Source: Dimorphilus gyrociliatus (lineage: Eukaryota > Animalia > Annelida). Taken from it: a stretch of DNA of 64,000 bases. The notes below the pieces were generated by a model that was not told where the DNA came from, did no database searches, and saw only the letters and a program-made list of their open reading frames with translations. The position numbers and the translations under genes are program-made. The stretch covers positions 620,001 to 684,000 of the forward strand of contig CAJFCJ010000002.1 in NCBI GenBank assembly GCA_904063045.1, read 5' to 3'. Shown here in pieces: positions 38,675 to 51,074 of this stretch (position 1 is its first letter; every line of letters begins with the position of its first letter).

Positions 38675-41077
38675 ATGGCACAAAAATATGCGAAGGCTAT
38701 CGCTTTTTCTGATAAAAAATCGAAAATAATAATAAAGAAGCATTTACAAGTAAATTGATAGATTTAATACATATCTTCTTATTTTTTAACGAAAATATCT
38801 TTTAAAGAAGCGGCCTTTAGGTAAAATTGAGGCTGAAAATGACTTTATTCCTCCCCAACCACAGCTTAGCAGTACATCTGTTAATCTTGATGTGAACTCA
38901 AGTCAAAGACTATACCAATCTAAAAGCAGCGAGGATATTATCGAAGAGCAACATAAAGTTATTCATCAAGCGTATAAATTGGCTAGGTCAGTCGTAGTTG
39001 TTAAGATATTAAAATAAAATAGCCCGATTCATTTAAATAGAGATCGGAGATCAAAATCAGCAGTTATCGGAATTAAGAGACCACGATTTCTCATGCGTTC
39101 AAGTAGTAAGGCTTTACAATCTTTGAGTGGTAATAATTAAAATGGTGAACTATTTTCAATCATTCATAATTATTTCTATTTAGTCTATGGCTCACGTCCA
39201 GGATCTTGTCCAATCGGTATAAACGAATCCAGACGGTCTGGCTCTCCTCGATTTGCGACAAGAAAAAGGCCTAAAACAACAAGTTTGTACTATGAGATAG
39301 TGACATTATTTTTTAAAAAGTAATGCAATTAATTTCAGATTTTAAGCGAAACAATAAGGTACATCCAGTTACAGAAACTCATTGGGACATTGAAGAAGTA
39401 AAATGCACGAGTTTTAATCGCCAATTAAAAGTTTGTAAATTTAAAATTGAAAGGTTTCACTAAATTTAGTGTACTTGTTAAAAGTCTGCTAAGGATGCTG
39501 TAAGAGAGAGGTTTGAGGACAAAAATCACAATATTACCCAAGGTTATTATACCAGGGGTCACAGAAAGGAAGACGAATTATCAAAATCAGAAAGTTTTTT
39601 TGGAAAAAAAATGGTAGATATGACTTTTCTAGAAACCTTCTCCTCAAAGAAACGAAAAGATGAGGACTTGTTTACTATTAACTGCGAGACCGGCAGCAAA
39701 GTAGCGAAGCAACTAACTATAGGAGATTGTATTAGAATAGGAATGAATGGCATTCAAGCCACAAACAAACAGTCATGCTCGTATGTATATATTATTACAT
39801 TATATTTACAGACTTTCTTTTACCTGACTTGATTATTTTGTTTTAAAGAATTCAAATCGGTGAGGATAATATAACAAACTTATCTGAAGAGATCATTACT
39901 GCAGAAAAAGTTCCACTCTGTTGGGAAGACCAACTAGTAGATCCCCACTCAAAAGTGATGAAGGCCAAAGCGCCCAAAGCAAAAATATGCCAACCTGTAA
40001 GAATTAGTAGCCAGTAATGAATGATAATTTTATAAAACTAAATTCGTTTGACAGAATCTATGTGAATCCCATCCTGTAATATTTAGAAAATTGGTTAAGG
40101 AAGAAGACTATAACGAGGAAGAAAATGTATTTTTTCGATCAAAATCAAAAGTGGCTACAAATCGCTCCGCAGTTAAATTCAAATCCAGACCAAAATCAGT
40201 AACATGTTCCCAAGTAACAGATTTAGCAGAAAATCTTCAAAAGTCGAACAGTCGAATTTCTGAGCTATCTTTTGACAATGAACCGTTAACAAGTCCAAAT
40301 ATCGTATATGATGATATTGTTAAAAGTAAAGTAGAATCAGTTTCTAATCGAACAAAATCAAAGATTGCTGATGCTTCAGTGACATCGGTTGCTTTTACAT
40401 TTAATTCAATGGATGTTGAGGCAGCATCCAGACCAGAGAGTGGAGTTAAAGCTGACGTGTATACCGAAGAACAATGCACATTTTTAACGGGATCTCAATA
40501 CTATGGATCCCTCCTACCAAAGCCTCCACCTACTGCTCCATCTACAGCAGTCCATTCCGATCTAGACTTACAAGATGTAATAGTCAATACTAGAAGCGGA
40601 AGGTCCATAGTAGATAAAAGAAGAACATATGGTAAAGGAGCTGCAAACTTCAGACCACTCATATCTAGATCTTTGTCAAAAACTACTAACGAACCTGTAA
40701 ACGATAAGTCTTATATTCAAATAGCTTCGACAATAAAAGCTCCTGAAAAGAATGTCGCAAGGATCACTATGAAACCTAAAATACAATCCGATGCAAAACA
40801 AAATATGAAGCCCCATTCAAATGCCCTACAAGTAGTGACTAACAACAACAGTAAAGGAATAAAGAATCGTATATCTCCAGTTGATCTTATTATTCCAGAA
40901 GATAGAAGAGACAAAAGTTGTAAAGAGATCCAGTCATCAGGAACACGGTTTGCTGTTAGTATTCCTACAGGACGTGAAGTTGACACTGGGTCTCGGACAG
41001 ATGATCAGTCAAGTATGAAGACTGATACTTTGAAACGCAACAATCTGATCAAACACTCGAAACAGACTTATATTTAA
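38675..41077 (+). CDS. Uncharacterised multi-exon, Ser/Lys/Arg-rich low-complexity protein
   Basis: Chain of short exons separated by about 50-nt GT-AG introns, leading into the 328-aa terminal ORF 40091-41077. No recognisable domain; start codon uncertain. Confidence 0.6.
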
Positions 41078-41210
41078 GTATGTGCTTTGTGTGTACTTTT
41101 TAAAGTGTGCCAAATTAATATGTGAATTTTTACAATTAAACGTTATATATGATCTTTCTGAAATTAAAATTACTAAATTGCAAAAGAAATGACACTACGC
41201 GCCTAAACTA

Positions 41211-41307
41211 TCACGTGGTCATGGAATCAGCCAATCAGTATGATTTTTACAAGAAGTAAGCGTGAGTCTCGTTTTCAATTATCGTAGAAATTACCCAATA
41301 TGGCGGA
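41211..41307 (+). promoter_or_regulatory. MIER core promoter: E-box CACGTG, CCAAT box, YY1-type ATGGCGG at the start codon
   Basis: tcacgtgg at about 41211, ccaatca at 41231, aatATGGCGG at 41297-41306. Confidence 0.5.
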
Positions 41308-43222
41308 GGTTGGTTTGTTTCCATGTTTCGTTAGAATTATTATTTTCAGAAATCTTAGGCTGTAGAATACAAATTTACATTTAATTTTTTTACCTATAAA
41401 GTGTGTAGTGTTTAATTTTATTATTTTTTCAAATGTTTTCATTCTATAAGCATAATTTTCGTTAATTTTATTATTTCGTAAGGGTTGCAGTACTAATTAA
41501 TCGCTTTAGTTCTATTTTGATATCCCATTATGATTACTATATTGATAAAAAGGACAGGTTATAATTTAGACAATATATTTCAGATCGCCGGTTCTGATGG
41601 TCCCTCAGTCAAAGGTAAAATAGTCTTATAATCTTCTATTTTTCTTTGTTAAGTCGCTAAATAAGTCTTACAAAGAGTTTATATTAAATTTTGCAATTTA
41701 TGTACTTATTTTCAGATTCTGATCGAGATTTTGATCCTGGAGCGGATATATACAAGAACGATGATGACGATGAAAGAACCTTAGAGGAGGAGGAAGCAAT
41801 GAGTGCGACCAGTAGCTGTGCCAATGAATTGGATGATTTACAAAATGTAGATTTTAATTTAATTAACAGAATTATATATTTTTAGATAATTTTTTCTTAC
41901 TTTAGGAGAGTGATATACCTATTGAAAAACTGATGGCAATGTATAGCTATCCCGCTTCATCAGATTTCCCTGACAGAAGATCTAGTAGTGACGAAGAATT
42001 ACTCAGTAATTTAAGCAATCAAGATTTAACTCTTGATAAGGAAGTTATTGCTCGAGATCTTCTGAAAAATAATAATGACGCTGATGAAGCTGGAACAAGT
42101 GTTGATGAACTGCTTGATACTGTTTCAGAAACAAAAAAGCTACTAGAGGGTGGGTAGTTAATTCTGTAGTATATTCGTAACGATATTTTTTCAACTCCAG
42201 AGAATGCTGAAGAGTCAGAAGATGACGTAGATTACGAACCAGAACGAAATGAAGAATGGAAAAAGGTAATGTTGAATAGCCATATTTGTTTAGTTAACTA
42301 ATGTATTGGTAATCATAGACTATATGTATTGGGGTATCATATCAAGCTGTGGTACCTGACGGCCTAGCTCATTATGGTGACACTCCACCATATGAAAATG
42401 ATGACAAACTTCTCTGGAATCCGGAAGCTACTAATGCCGATGAAGGTACTATCATTTAGTCCCTGTCAATTATTTACTCTTTATTTTTGAACAGTTGATC
42501 AGTATCTGAGAGATGTTCAATTGTTAAGACTCAAAGTAGAATCAGATTCGATAAGTAGCCTTCCCATCGGAAGTCATTTACATGACGACGAGGAGGCTTT
42601 GCAGGTTCTATTAGAAAGCAGCTATTCAACTGAGGAAGCTTTGCGTCGGACAAAGATGAAATTACCGCACGCTACTTCACAAGTCTTCACCTTATGGTCT
42701 GAAGAAGAGTGCCGCAACTTTGAAAATGGTCTCAGACATTATGGAAAAAATTTCAATTTAATTCATCAGCACAAAGTTAAAACCAGAAGCGTCAAAGAAC
42801 TGGTAAATTTTTATTACTTGTGGAAGAAAACTGAACGACATGATGCTTTTGCTCAAAAAGCTCGTTTGGAAAAGAGAAAATATGGTTTAAATCCTGGTAT
42901 AACAGACTATCAGGATCGCTTTTTAGATGAGGCAGAAACAGCAGTCAGTAGCAATTGTCAGGTTCCCCCAACTCATAGATCCGCCTCTCCTTTGGTAAAT
43001 TCATTAATTTACGGAGATCCCAAAAGACAGCAGCATCATAGTCCATATCACCACCTAAAATCGGCGGAGGAAGTTATTGCTGATATGCTTGAACCATTTG
43101 CAGAAAAGATATCATCAAGTTTGGAGAAATTAGAAAACGATGCTGTTGTCCAACCTTCCTCATCCAATTGCAATGGCACACCACACGTCACTGCTGTTTT
43201 GACGAGCGCCGTTGCTCAATAG
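41300..43222 (+). CDS. MIER1: Mesoderm induction early response protein (ELM2 + SANT corepressor)
   Basis: 9-nt first coding exon MAE, then DFDP..DDERTLEEEE, ELM2 (IGVSYQAVVP..DKLLWNP..HDDEEAL) and SANT (WSEEECRNFENGL..FYYLWKKTERHD). Confidence 0.93.
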
Positions 43223-43709
43223 ATTGTTAACTTTGTTCATGAATTTTTGTGATCTCAACCACTTTTTGTGCTTGCGAGAAAAATGTAGCTTACAAATATT
43301 TCTTATCAGTAACTATGCAAAAAGAAGCATTTTGAAAACACTAATTGTAAACTAAACGATAAGATTACCAGTTTCGATTTTCTTCTATATATAAAATGTA
43401 AAATCTCAGATTAGGAAAATTTGTTCTTTTCCTTCCCAAACAAGTTTGATTTGAAAAGAAAGCAAGTACTTTTATAAAATTATATTTTTCACGTCTATAT
43501 AATATGACATTGAGTTTCGGCTATCAACATGTATTTTTAACTTGTAAATAAACAACATTGTATATATAAATGAACATTAACTTATCCTAAACGCTAATAT
43601 TTTATAAAATTCTGTTTGAACAATCCATGTTATTATCGAAGTAATCATATACTGAAAGAGAGAAAAAGTTATTTTTGTAAATCTGTGCTGAAATTTTAAA
43701 CATGAATAT

Positions 43710-45357
43710 TTATTCAATATCCTTAAATATATGATCTCTTGCGGACACAGAAATTTGGAAATCGGCTGGTTTTCTTGTTAATCCTCCCTGAATTGGATGA
43801 CATGATGACAATGGAGAAGCATTTATTGTATGAAAGCTAAATTTTTTCATAATCGAAGCGAAAATGAGGAATATTTGCACTAAACTCGTTTGCTGCCAAG
43901 CACAGCTCCTTTCCCCTACATATACATTTAAAATAATTCTTAAAAAAAGCCCACTATTTAGATACAAACCTATACCGAAAGGTACCCAATATTCTGGTAT
44001 CGTCACTCGGCGAACATCATTTAAAAATCTCTCTGGTACAAATTCTTCTGGCTCTTCCCAAAGCTTAGGATCTCTTGAAGTTGCAAAGAGATTTAACCAC
44101 ACTTCAGTCCCTCTTTTTATTGAACGCCCATCTATTGTAACACGAGAGAGAGTAGCATGTGGAATAGCAATTGGATAGATACAACCCAGACGAAGAGATT
44201 CCAATACACTAGCTTCAGTAAAAGGTAACTTGTGACGATCTTTTAAAGAAGGTAATTTCTCCTCGGGTATTATGCTATCTAACTCCTCCTGAACTTTCAG
44301 CTGAACGGAAGGATTATCAATCATATAATAAATGCACCACGATAAAGCACTACTTATAGGCTCTACGCCACTTATTATTAAATCTTCAACAATATCATCC
44401 AACCAATCTTCATTTGGCTTGAAGCTTCTTGGAGTGTTAAAGATAGGGAAAAATAAATCTTGAAAGTATGTTTGAACAAAATCTTTCGGTTTTTGTTTAT
44501 AAGCAAAGTCACTAACTGTTGTTTTGTGCTCAATGTTACGTTGTTCTAAGAAGTGTCTAAGGAGCTTTAAACATCGTTCATACTCCTTCCATTTACCTTT
44601 ATAATTTGGATGATAATACAAAAGTGGATTATATTTAATTGAATCCACTTCACTTATCTTTTCAAAGAGATCATATAACATATAATATATTTGCTCCCCG
44701 CTTGTGTCTGTCAAAGGAAATCTTTCGTTGTAGAGAGTCTTAAGTAACAAATTCGTGGAGGTTTTCATAAATAATTTTCGAATTGGTACCGTAGAATCTT
44801 TCTTGATGGCTAATGTTTTATATAGATCTGTTATTTCTGTTTGGATGTCTGATTCAAGGGTACTATTCATCCTTTCGAGTAGGGCACAAAAATAAGAGCA
44901 TGATTTTTTTTGACGTCTCCACTCCTCTGAATAGTTTGAATGAGACAGCCCCCTTGTTAAAATTTTTTGCTTCTCATCATCCGTCTCGAAATATTTCGGT
45001 CGTCCACAGAATGCTAACCCATTGTTAACAAGAAATTTCTTCATATCAGGAAAGTCACAGACAACAATGATGAATCTAAAGTTATACAATTTGATTAAAT
45101 AGATTTGTAGCATACTTCATTTTTTCTTTTTACCTGTTTCCTTTTGAGATTGAAAAGACGTTACCGTACGTTCTTGACAGACGAGATAAATCCACCAAAG
45201 CATTTGGATCGTGTCTAGATATTATAGGTGTTGTACCATAGAAAGGTAAATGCCATGGCCCTTTAGGGAAATTTTTGGGTCTCTTGTAATTAAACAGCAA
45301 GTACAAAAGGCCAGTAAGAATGAAGATAAAGAAGAGGAATAGTCTATTTAGTTCCAT
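43710..45357 (-). CDS. Cytochrome P450, clan-2-like, microsomal
   Basis: N-terminal anchor + PKGPWHLP, WxxxK/R helix C, ExxR (ESLR), PERF, and heme motif PFGIG|ERSC after removing the 54-nt in-frame intron 43916-43969. Confidence 0.9.
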
Positions 45358-46112
45358 GTAATACAGAGCTTTAATATCAATAGTTGAGCCAACTATCCTA
45401 TCTTTCGATGACATTTTTAACCGTCTACAAACGTTTTACAGTATTCTTTTGATAGAATCCCTGCACATACAGACACCGCCTAAACAGCATAGTCTTCCAC
45501 TTGCTTAGCAACGTAGTAGTCAATTCGGTTGCTAGGTGACGAGTAAGGTTTCTTCTTAGGTTTAAACATTGAGCCAAATTAAACTTAGCAACAGTGCAAT
45601 TACAAAGTTGGTTCCATCGAAAGTTATATTGCAATAAAAAGCGAAAAAGATAATGATATATTGTGTATAAGTACAAATAACTAGAAACAAGTATATTAAT
45701 CAAAACAAAAATACCGTAACATAAATCGTTAGTAAAATAACTCCTCCGTTAAGTACGCTTACCGGCAAGGAGACGACTTAGTATTTGAGATTTGAAAATT
45801 ACTTATACGTGTCAAATAGTTTCTTATGAATATATGATCTATAGGAAAAGCTAATAAACAGATCAGATAATAATTTCGTATTGTGAGATATGAAACTATT
45901 GAAAGTATGCAAACTCTTCCGAAAGTGTTAGCTTTAGAATTTCCTGCTAAATATTATAAACAAACGTGCATTTAACTTTCATATCATATGCTTAGTACTG
46001 TATTTATTGTCATTATACGTGTACATATAGTCAGTATATACTGCATGAATATCATAGGATAGCATTCTATTTTAAATTTTCATTTTTGTAAAGGAAATGT
46101 TATCTTTGAAGT

Positions 46113-49100
46113 TTATGTGAGTGTCATTAGATTAATTTGTCTTATAGGTGTTCCTCTGTTCATTCGAAAATTTGATAAAGAATCCTTTTGATTCCACTGA
46201 GTACCAATTGTTCTTTCAATACTAATCGGTTTTCTGGAAAGTAAAATAAATCATGTATAAAGTGTATATTTGTGAGGTAAATTTTTTTTGTTTTGTACTA
46301 CTTTGAGACAGGATCTGGAGAAGGAGAGTTTTTGCTAGCTGTCTTCGACTCGGATGCGAACTGATAAACTATCAAGAGGCAGTCCCGACATAGCTGTACC
46401 ACTCTTCTACAACAAAGCATTTCTATAGGAGTAATAACGTCGGATGATTTACTAAAAATTGTTTCCCATGATTGGCTTGCTGCTTGAAAGCAATTCCATA
46501 AACCTTGTCCATGACTCCACAGTAACCGATTAAATACTCTGGAAAATATGCGATTTATTCGGATATTTTCAATATCAGCACTCTTCCAAACTTTCACCAA
46601 AAGAGCTTTGACGTTACTTCGAACGATATCTAAAACTTTCCTTCTTTTGATTGAATCAAGTTTAACTAGCCAATAAGAAGCTATTCGGGGTTTATGAAAC
46701 TTCCAGTTTTCATTCATCTAAAGTTAACATATAAGAGATAATAGCTACTAAAAAAATAAATGTCTAACCTTGTCTAAAATAAACTCGGCCTCTTCGTCTG
46801 TTTTGCCAGGAAATTTAATACGCATATCATTTAATGCACTGAGAGTTCGCTTTAAATTCTCTTCTTCTTGTTTAGCTTGACATCCAAAGCGCTCTTCACT
46901 TGTTGTACGTCCGATTTTATGTGTTTTACTGCTAGGTCTACTAAGCTTTCGACGCTGAGTTGAGCACTCAGAACGGGATCGCCTTGTACCGTTCCGAAAT
47001 GCAAAAGGTTCTTCCATATTATCGCTCTCGCAATCTTCACCGCCATCAGGATCATCATGATCATAATCATCATCACTATCTTCATCGAATTCTTCTGTAG
47101 ATTTCTTAAATCCTGGAAAACCTCTTGAATGCCTCAAATCGTGAGAAAACTTATTTTTGGAAAGATTTTTATCAGTTAATTTTTCATCAGCTTCACATTG
47201 AGCTAAAAGATCTAATATATCTTCTTCCTTCAAAGGATTATTGTATGTTCTGAGAATTTCCTGGCTAAATGCTCCTGAAGCCTTTCCCAAACCTTCCATA
47301 GATATCTGGAATACAAAAAAACTGATTTTCAAACACACTTGATCTATATTTGTTTAACCTTATGAACTTCGCTCATTAATTTAGCATATCTCTCTCTTGC
47401 ATGTCTATCTGGAGGGGGAAAGATTTTTTGGAATCCCCCGCAATTTTGGGTTTCGTAATAATCCCGAGCAGCGTCTTTCTTTACTTTTTGAAGAAGATCT
47501 TTCAATTCATCTTTCTTTTTAGAGAGAGAAATTTTCTTCTTTTGAATGTCAGTTATATCTAATTCCTTTTTAACGCGACCTTGAAATAGTCGTTTTTGAG
47601 CTTGAGCTTTTTGCTCAGCCATATTGCGTCGTTTGTCGCTTGCGCGGATGTTTAGTAATTTGAAAGTATCGTACAGTAGGGTCGATTTTATATCATAATC
47701 TAGCTGCTCATCAGTTCCGAAACTGGGTGATCTGTTAATCTATTTAAATAACGTTATTAATGGAAACTTCTACATGTCAAAATAACCTCTAACAACCAAG
47801 GTTTCAGCTTCTTATCTAACATTATGTCAAATCCTAAAATTTCGAAACAAACTGAATCTTTTCCAGTAGAAACACCTGGACGGCACATTCTATATGCATG
47901 AAGAACATGTGGGTGAGCAACGATCATAGTCTGTTTACATGCAGAAATTAAAATTCTGATTCTAAAAGGGGAAAAATACTTTAATTATCAAATCAATGAT
48001 ATGTCGCCAAAGCAGCTTGTCGTCAATGTCGCGTTTTCTGATGTACTCTCGGAAGTATTGTAATGTTCTTTTGCTTCCAGTGTCAATTTTACCACTCTTT
48101 TCATAATTTTCAGAGTGTTTATTCACGGAATAATTTGTTAGATGCATAAACAACTTTTCCTATTTTAACATTAATATAAGAAATTTGATATACAGTAAAA
48201 ATGTAAATTTAAATACAAACTATATTCCCTTCATTTGGTGGAGTGTATTTCTCGGTGCTCATTCTTATCAATCCATCATCAAATAAAAACAGTTTTAAGG
48301 GATCGCAAGATGTCATTAGCACGTAGATTCTCATATCACACTTGAATCCTTCAAGGAGCAATGGTTTTTCTAAATATTCTTGAACAACAGTTTGCTCGCT
48401 TTGAGCAATTTTTTCAGCATTTCTGTACAAGATAATTCTGAAAGGTATACGAAATAAAGAGACCTGAATTCTTGAAAATTTAAAGCTAAAGCCAAACCCA
48501 TTTCCCATAGCACCATTTGATGGCTTCAAAATAAAAGTTTTTTTTTTACTTCTTCTTTTTAAGTCTTTGTAATAGGATTGTAATTCACTATATTCAGATG
48601 GTAAAATCCATGTTTTTGGAACAAAATTATAGTCATTTTCTAGATAACGGCTCGCCCTGTTGATTTAGGTAAATAGACATTTTTTCTCTTTCAAAAGCAG
48701 TTGTTTACCTTCTCATATTTCTCGCAAGACAATCTTTCCTACAAATTTCGCCCATACCTGGAAAATGATTGATTTTTTGATAGTCTTTCAATGAAGTAAT
48801 TACATCAGATGCCACAAAACTATCACTCCAAATTAAGTAGCTGTTATAGAATGTGTTATTAAGTAAACAGTTTGTTACATCTCTTCAAAAATTATCAAAC
48901 CAAGAAGAGTCATCCTCCTTCTGTATTGTTAGTCCAGCTCGTTGGGCCATATGCCTTACTAAAGATTTCAAAGTAGTTATTAAAGTTGAAACTTTATTGC
49001 AAATTAATATACAAACCGACTTCATATCTTGTACCGAACAAATTAGCGGTAATGGGAATTTTCTTCCTTTTCTTTTTTGTGCTTGAAATTGGAGATAAAG

Positions 49101-49738
49101 GTTCAGATTCTAATTCTCTTTTCTCCCTCTCACTGATTCTTCTCCGTGACTGATAACCTACCAGATTTTCCAAGACTGATCCTATTCAAGTATAAAAGTT
49201 AGCATATAATCTCATGGTTCTTGCATGAAAGATATTTTTTCATGTTTATAGATGTGTTTTCAATTTGTTCATAACTCTTCAAATGCGTTAGTTTTAGTAA
49301 TATTTAGCTGGTCGATTTTTGTTGATCTAGGATGTGTTCGTAGAGTGCTTTCAGTAAAAAGCTTTCTAAATCCAGTTTTTGATGGAGCAAACTATTAATT
49401 TACCAATTTAACCACTATTTAAAGAAATATTAATCTTAAAATTCTAACATTTCCCTGTTTCAAAAACTTTTAGAATAATTTAATTTTAATAATCAATAAA
49501 ATATTCTAAACAAATTTGAATAAAAATATAAAACCCTGAGGTTAAGTGTAAGCAAATGATACTACTAACCCCTTCGTGAGTCTACTGCTCTGTCTGGAGT
49601 AGGGCTGTCCAAATTTTGAGATATTCCTTCTGACATATTATCAAAATGACTAAAAGGACGATATTTTGATCGAAGAGACTCTCGACGATGATCCGATCCA
49701 AAATTATATTCTAAATTTAAACCACTTCTATGATCCAT
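46113..49738 (-). CDS. TTLL7: Tubulin polyglutamylase TTLL7
   Basis: KINHFPGMGEICRKD, KPSNGAMGNG, QEYLEKPLLLEGFKCDMRIY, HLTNYSVNK, CFEILGFDI, PSFGTD, and the TTLL7-type C-terminal LLWSHGQGLWNCF. Confidence 0.92.
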
Positions 49739-49939
49739 AGATAATATTCTGATTTTAGTGATCCCAATACAAAAACTTTCAATAGAGTTCAATATAAATT
49801 GAATGTGATTAAAACTTTTTCATAAATCTTTGTACTTGTTTTCAATTAAGAAATTAAGAAATTTCTGTTAGTTGCTATCCACCTTATAATTTAAACTGTA
49901 AGAGCTTCTGAATAATTCAAATTAATTACTTGTATAATA

Positions 49940-50085
49940 ACATCGCCATTCTGTTTTGGCGCCACGTGACTTGTTGTTATGGAAGTGAACAAACATAATA
50001 AAAGATATATTATGATTTGTTAGCCTCGTTTGCGTTAACCCAATCACAAACCGGTTTTCTTATAGCTAAAAATGGAAGATGGCGT
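49940..50085. promoter_or_regulatory. Bidirectional promoter TTLL7/TRIR
   Basis: Divergent ATGs at 49738 and 50072; CACGTG at about 49963, CCAAT at about 50040, YY1-like AAGATGGCG at about 50076. Confidence 0.55.
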
Positions 50086-50682
50086 GAATGTAAATTCAGC
50101 AACGCCAGAAAAATTACGAAAATATGACGATCAAGCCACAAGCCAAGAAACCATAAATAAATTTGCTAATGATGGATCTTTTATGGCCATGTATATGGCT
50201 ATGATGAAAGATAAAAAGAGCTCCAATGCAGAAAAAACAGATGCCTACGAAGAATCCTCTCACAAAAATACTGAAGAGGACAGAATGAAATTTGTAATAC
50301 ACCCGAAACATGAACCATCGAAAGCATTTCTTAAAGAACAGGGCACGGAAAATGCTCCCCGACTATTTGTAAGGATCATCATTTACGTTTAAATTGGTTA
50401 TAAATTTTCGTAGTACTTTAATAAATCGAGAAAGTTAGCTTAGGTATAATAGCACTTTGCAGAAAAGGAAGACTGCTAGATTGAAAACCGGTTTGGTAGC
50501 CAAAAATGTTAAAGAAACTTCGTCCGTAAGTACATTCATCTTGAATTTCGATAAGGTAATTTTTACAGTCGTTCTAGGATGAAGACAAGAAAGATGCTTG
50601 GTCACAATACATGACTGCTGTCCAAAAATATAAAGAGAAATCGTGTGATGACAGCGACAAGAACAGACCATTGGTAAAATGA
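50072..50682 (+). CDS. TRIR: Telomerase RNA component-interacting RNase (C19orf43) homologue, 3 exons
   Basis: NKFANDGSFMAMY, LKTGLVAK, DAWSQYMTAVQKYKEKSCDDSDKNRPLVK*. Confidence 0.88.
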
Positions 50683-51074
50683 ACTATATGCATGTCTTCA
50701 AAATTGACTTGTCTGGTTAATTTTTACGAGTATTTCTAACATTAAGCTTCTCAACTTTCACAGAAAATAAGAATAAATATTGAATTATTATCTAAATTTT
50801 CATTGACATGTAGAGAATATGAGTTACCGGAAATTATGAAATTTATTTTAAATAGTTTCACTCCGAAAAAGACATAAAACAAATTTTAAAAAGCTACTAA
50901 AATGTATATAGTTTATAAAAACTTGAGCAAAGAAGGAGAATGTTTAAGAAGCTGAGATTTCATTACTTGTCCAAGTAACATGAACTAATTATTATATATA
51001 AGCACACTTAAAAAATGGCAAAGGAAAACGAATATGAAAAGCAATAGGAAGAAAAGGCAGAAAAGTTTCTGTAT

